Assembly (NCBI GenBank): GCA_051061095.1
Contig: JBPFEE010000031.1
Span: 50,501-114,500, forward strand
Length of the DNA: 64,000 bases
Reading direction: 5' to 3'
DNA from: Methylomicrobium sp.
GTDB lineage: Bacteria > Pseudomonadota > Gammaproteobacteria > Methylococcales > Methylomonadaceae
Shown here: one piece after another, positions 61,976-64,000 of the stretch
Layout of the letters: every line of letters begins with the position of its first letter
Numbering within the stretch: position 1 is the first letter of the stretch
Translations under genes and position numbers: made by a program
Notes under the pieces: generated by a model
Databases searched by the model: none
Seen by the model: the letters and a program-made list of their open reading frames with translations, nothing else
Told to the model about the DNA's origin: nothing

Positions 61976-63598
61976 CTAATGAATCAGCATCCGCTTCAAC
62001 GGACTGTTGCTGTCAATCGGGGTTTGCTGTTTGCTTTCCAGAGCGGCGCATTGGCTGAGCAGATCGGCGACCTGCCGTTGCTGCTCGGCGTGTAAACCTT
62101 TCACCTGATCGATCGCCGCCAATACCTCTTCGTTGATCGTCGCAAACGCCAGCGCCAGTCCTTTTTGCAAGCCGCGCAACGCGCTGGCTTGCAGCGAAGG
62201 TTTCAATTTTTTCGCGATGAACCAGGGCGTCAGCCAGCTGATCGCGACCACCAAACTGCTGTGGATCAGGAAATCGACGCCCAGATACGCCAAATGGGTT
62301 TCATTGCTGTGCTGATAACCGGTAAATACCTGATAGCCGACCCAGCTCAGGGCGGCCAGCGGCAGCAGGATTTCGGCGATACGCGCCGCGCTCAGCAAGG
62401 TGCGCTGAAGAGCGTTGCCCGGATTCGCGAGGGCCTGCCTGACGGCCAGTTCGCTCTGGGTTTCGATGATTTTCGGCGCTTTTCCGCGCAGCGGAGCCAA
62501 CTGCCGCTTGAGCGGCGGTGCGGGAATGCCGCGCTGCTCGGCCTGCAGCACGAATTCATCAAGCGCATCGTCGAAGCGGGTTTTGGCCCAAGGGTCCCAT
62601 AATAGGGCGTCAGCCTGGGCTGAAGGATATTTCCCGGTCGCGGGGTTCGTCAACAGACCGACCGCATGTTCCGCATAGTAATTGGCGAGTTGCTGTATCG
62701 GCCAGGCAAAGCCTTCCTGCAGCAATTGGCCGGTAAGCTGCCATTGCCGCTGCCAAAGCGGAGAGATATCCTTGAAGGCCGCATCGGCAGCCAAAGCCTG
62801 CCGGTATTGTTCCAGCGTCTGCCGCAGTTCTTCGAGACGCGCCTGTAGCCCGCGCTGTTCGAGTTGTTGCACCGTATGCTCATTCGCCAAAGCGGTCAGC
62901 GTCGCTGCCAGTTCGGCAAACTCGTCAGCCTGCCCGTCTTCCGCGCAGATCGTTTTGAAAATGATCGGTTCGACGAAACCGGCCTTACTCAGCTGGCGCT
63001 TGAAATCCTCGAATTGTTCCGGCTGGCCCCGATCCCACTGATTCAGAACGAACAGCCAGGCATGCCGCGCCCCTTCGGCCAAAAGCAGCCGCCAGGCCTT
63101 TTCGTCGCGGTAGCGCTCGGGGCTGACGACATAGATCAGCACATCGATATGCGGCAGCCATTCCAGCACCAGATGGCGGTTGTTTTGATCGATGCTGTCG
63201 AAATCGGGCATGTCTATCCAGATGATATGCCTTTTTGCCTCGTCATCGTGCTGCGCGATCTTGACGCTGGCGATCGGCAGATTTTCGGGCAGATGCTGAA
63301 GCGCGACCGAGCGATGGTGGAACAACGTCACTTCGCGCGAGGTCGGCCGTTCGATGCCTGTCCGCGCTACCGCCCTGCCGGCCAGCCGGTTCAATAGCGA
63401 ACTTTTGCCGACGCCGGTGCCGCCCATGAACGCCACCAATAGCGGACGGCCCCGCCCTTCGCCAAACAGCGCATTCGGCGTGCCTGCCTGCGGCATGTTT
63501 TCCTGTTCCAGCATTTCCTGGGTGATCCAGCCCGCTTCCGCCGCCTGCGTGGTCCATTGCCGGGTATATTCGACCAAATTAGAGTAATCGTAAGCCAT
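61976..63598 (-). CDS. P-loop GTPase (Era/dynamin-like G domain) with helical stalk and TM hairpin
   Basis: G1 GGTGVGKS, G2 RPTS, G3 DMPD, G4 NQWD; two hydrophobic helices near the C-terminus. Confidence 0.85.
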   Translation of the reverse strand: MAYDYSNLVEYTRQWTTQAAEAGWITQEMLEQENMPQAGTPNALFGEGRGRPLLVAFMGGTGVGKSSLLNRLAGRAVARTGIERPTSREVTLFHHRSVALQHLPENLPIASVKIAQHDDEAKRHIIWIDMPDFDSIDQNNRHLVLEWLPHIDVLIYVVSPERYRDEKAWRLLLAEGARHAWLFVLNQWDRGQPEQFEDFKRQLSKAGFVEPIIFKTICAEDGQADEFAELAATLTALANEHTVQQLEQRGLQARLEELRQTLEQYRQALAADAAFKDISPLWQRQWQLTGQLLQEGFAWPIQQLANYYAEHAVGLLTNPATGKYPSAQADALLWDPWAKTRFDDALDEFVLQAEQRGIPAPPLKRQLAPLRGKAPKIIETQSELAVRQALANPGNALQRTLLSAARIAEILLPLAALSWVGYQVFTGYQHSNETHLAYLGVDFLIHSSLVVAISWLTPWFIAKKLKPSLQASALRGLQKGLALAFATINEEVLAAIDQVKGLHAEQQRQVADLLSQCAALESKQQTPIDSNSPLKRMLIH

Positions 63599-64000
63599 GG
63601 CGTTTTTCTTTCAAATGGTTTTCAGCTTCCTGTAATTGCTCGGGCGTAATGTTGAAATGCGCCAGGCCGGACAATTGTTTCGGCAAAGTCAACAATTTGT
63701 CGCGCAGCGCCTCGATGAACAACGCCTGTTTGACCTGGTTCAACTGATTTTTTTTCAAATCGGCCTCGACGTTGTGCATATAACTGCCGATTGCACTCTC
63801 GGCCAGCAGCGACGTTACCGTCAACAGCGACGGCGCAATCACCAGATCGTGTATTCCGATCCCGCCGGTATGCAAGGTCAACGCGATCACCGCCGCATCG
63901 GTCGTTGCCCGCGTCGCGCGCAGACTGTTCAATAACAAAGGCTGTTCCTGCAGTTTGCGGTACAAACGGTGGGCGGCGCTTTCGACATCCTGCTGAAAAT
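63579..64000 (-). CDS. Partial CDS (C-terminus), probable partner of the GTPase
   Basis: Frame is open to the window edge (FQQDVESAAHRLYRK...); hydrophobic hairpin; overlaps the downstream start by 20 nt. Confidence 0.65.
   Translation of the reverse strand, partial: FQQDVESAAHRLYRKLQEQPLLLNSLRATRATTDAAVIALTLHTGGIGIHDLVIAPSLLTVTSLLAESAIGSYMHNVEADLKKNQLNQVKQALFIEALRDKLLTLPKQLSGLAHFNITPEQLQEAENHLKEKRHGLRLL

Overview
Gammaproteobacterial chromosomal window; protein style suggests a Methylococcales-type methanotroph, which is inference only. From left to right: the 3' part of a Tad/Flp pilus locus (two TadE-like pseudopilins, CpaE, TadA, TadB, TadC, long TadD); tpx; a housekeeping block on the minus strand (der-bamB-yfgM-hisS-pilW-rlmN-ndk; secF-secD-yajC-tgt); a cysQ-cysC-wzx-sulfotransferase-glycosyltransferase-wbpL-wbpM surface polysaccharide cluster with IS scars; LysR-methyltransferase-rhodanese; an SNF2 helicase; ttcA, fabB, fabA, slt, ABC exporter, PHP, SLATT-like protein, PLP enzyme, methyltransferase, ppk1, def, LOG-family and MgtC/DUF4010-like genes; an unannotated cydA remnant; a BLUF-PsiE fusion; and a P-loop GTPase plus a partial upstream partner. 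The most unusual signal is non-coding: a family of about 47-49 nt two-hairpin units (CGAC-stem-WGGA-stem-GGAGKTAG-stem-loop-stem-CGA). They are nested inside each other, and the same composite sits at two loci (16484-16629, 40282-40447). Each copy is precisely inserted, without target duplication, into a different host palindromic repeat, and each carries 8-9 GGA motifs resembling CsrA/RsmA binding sites.
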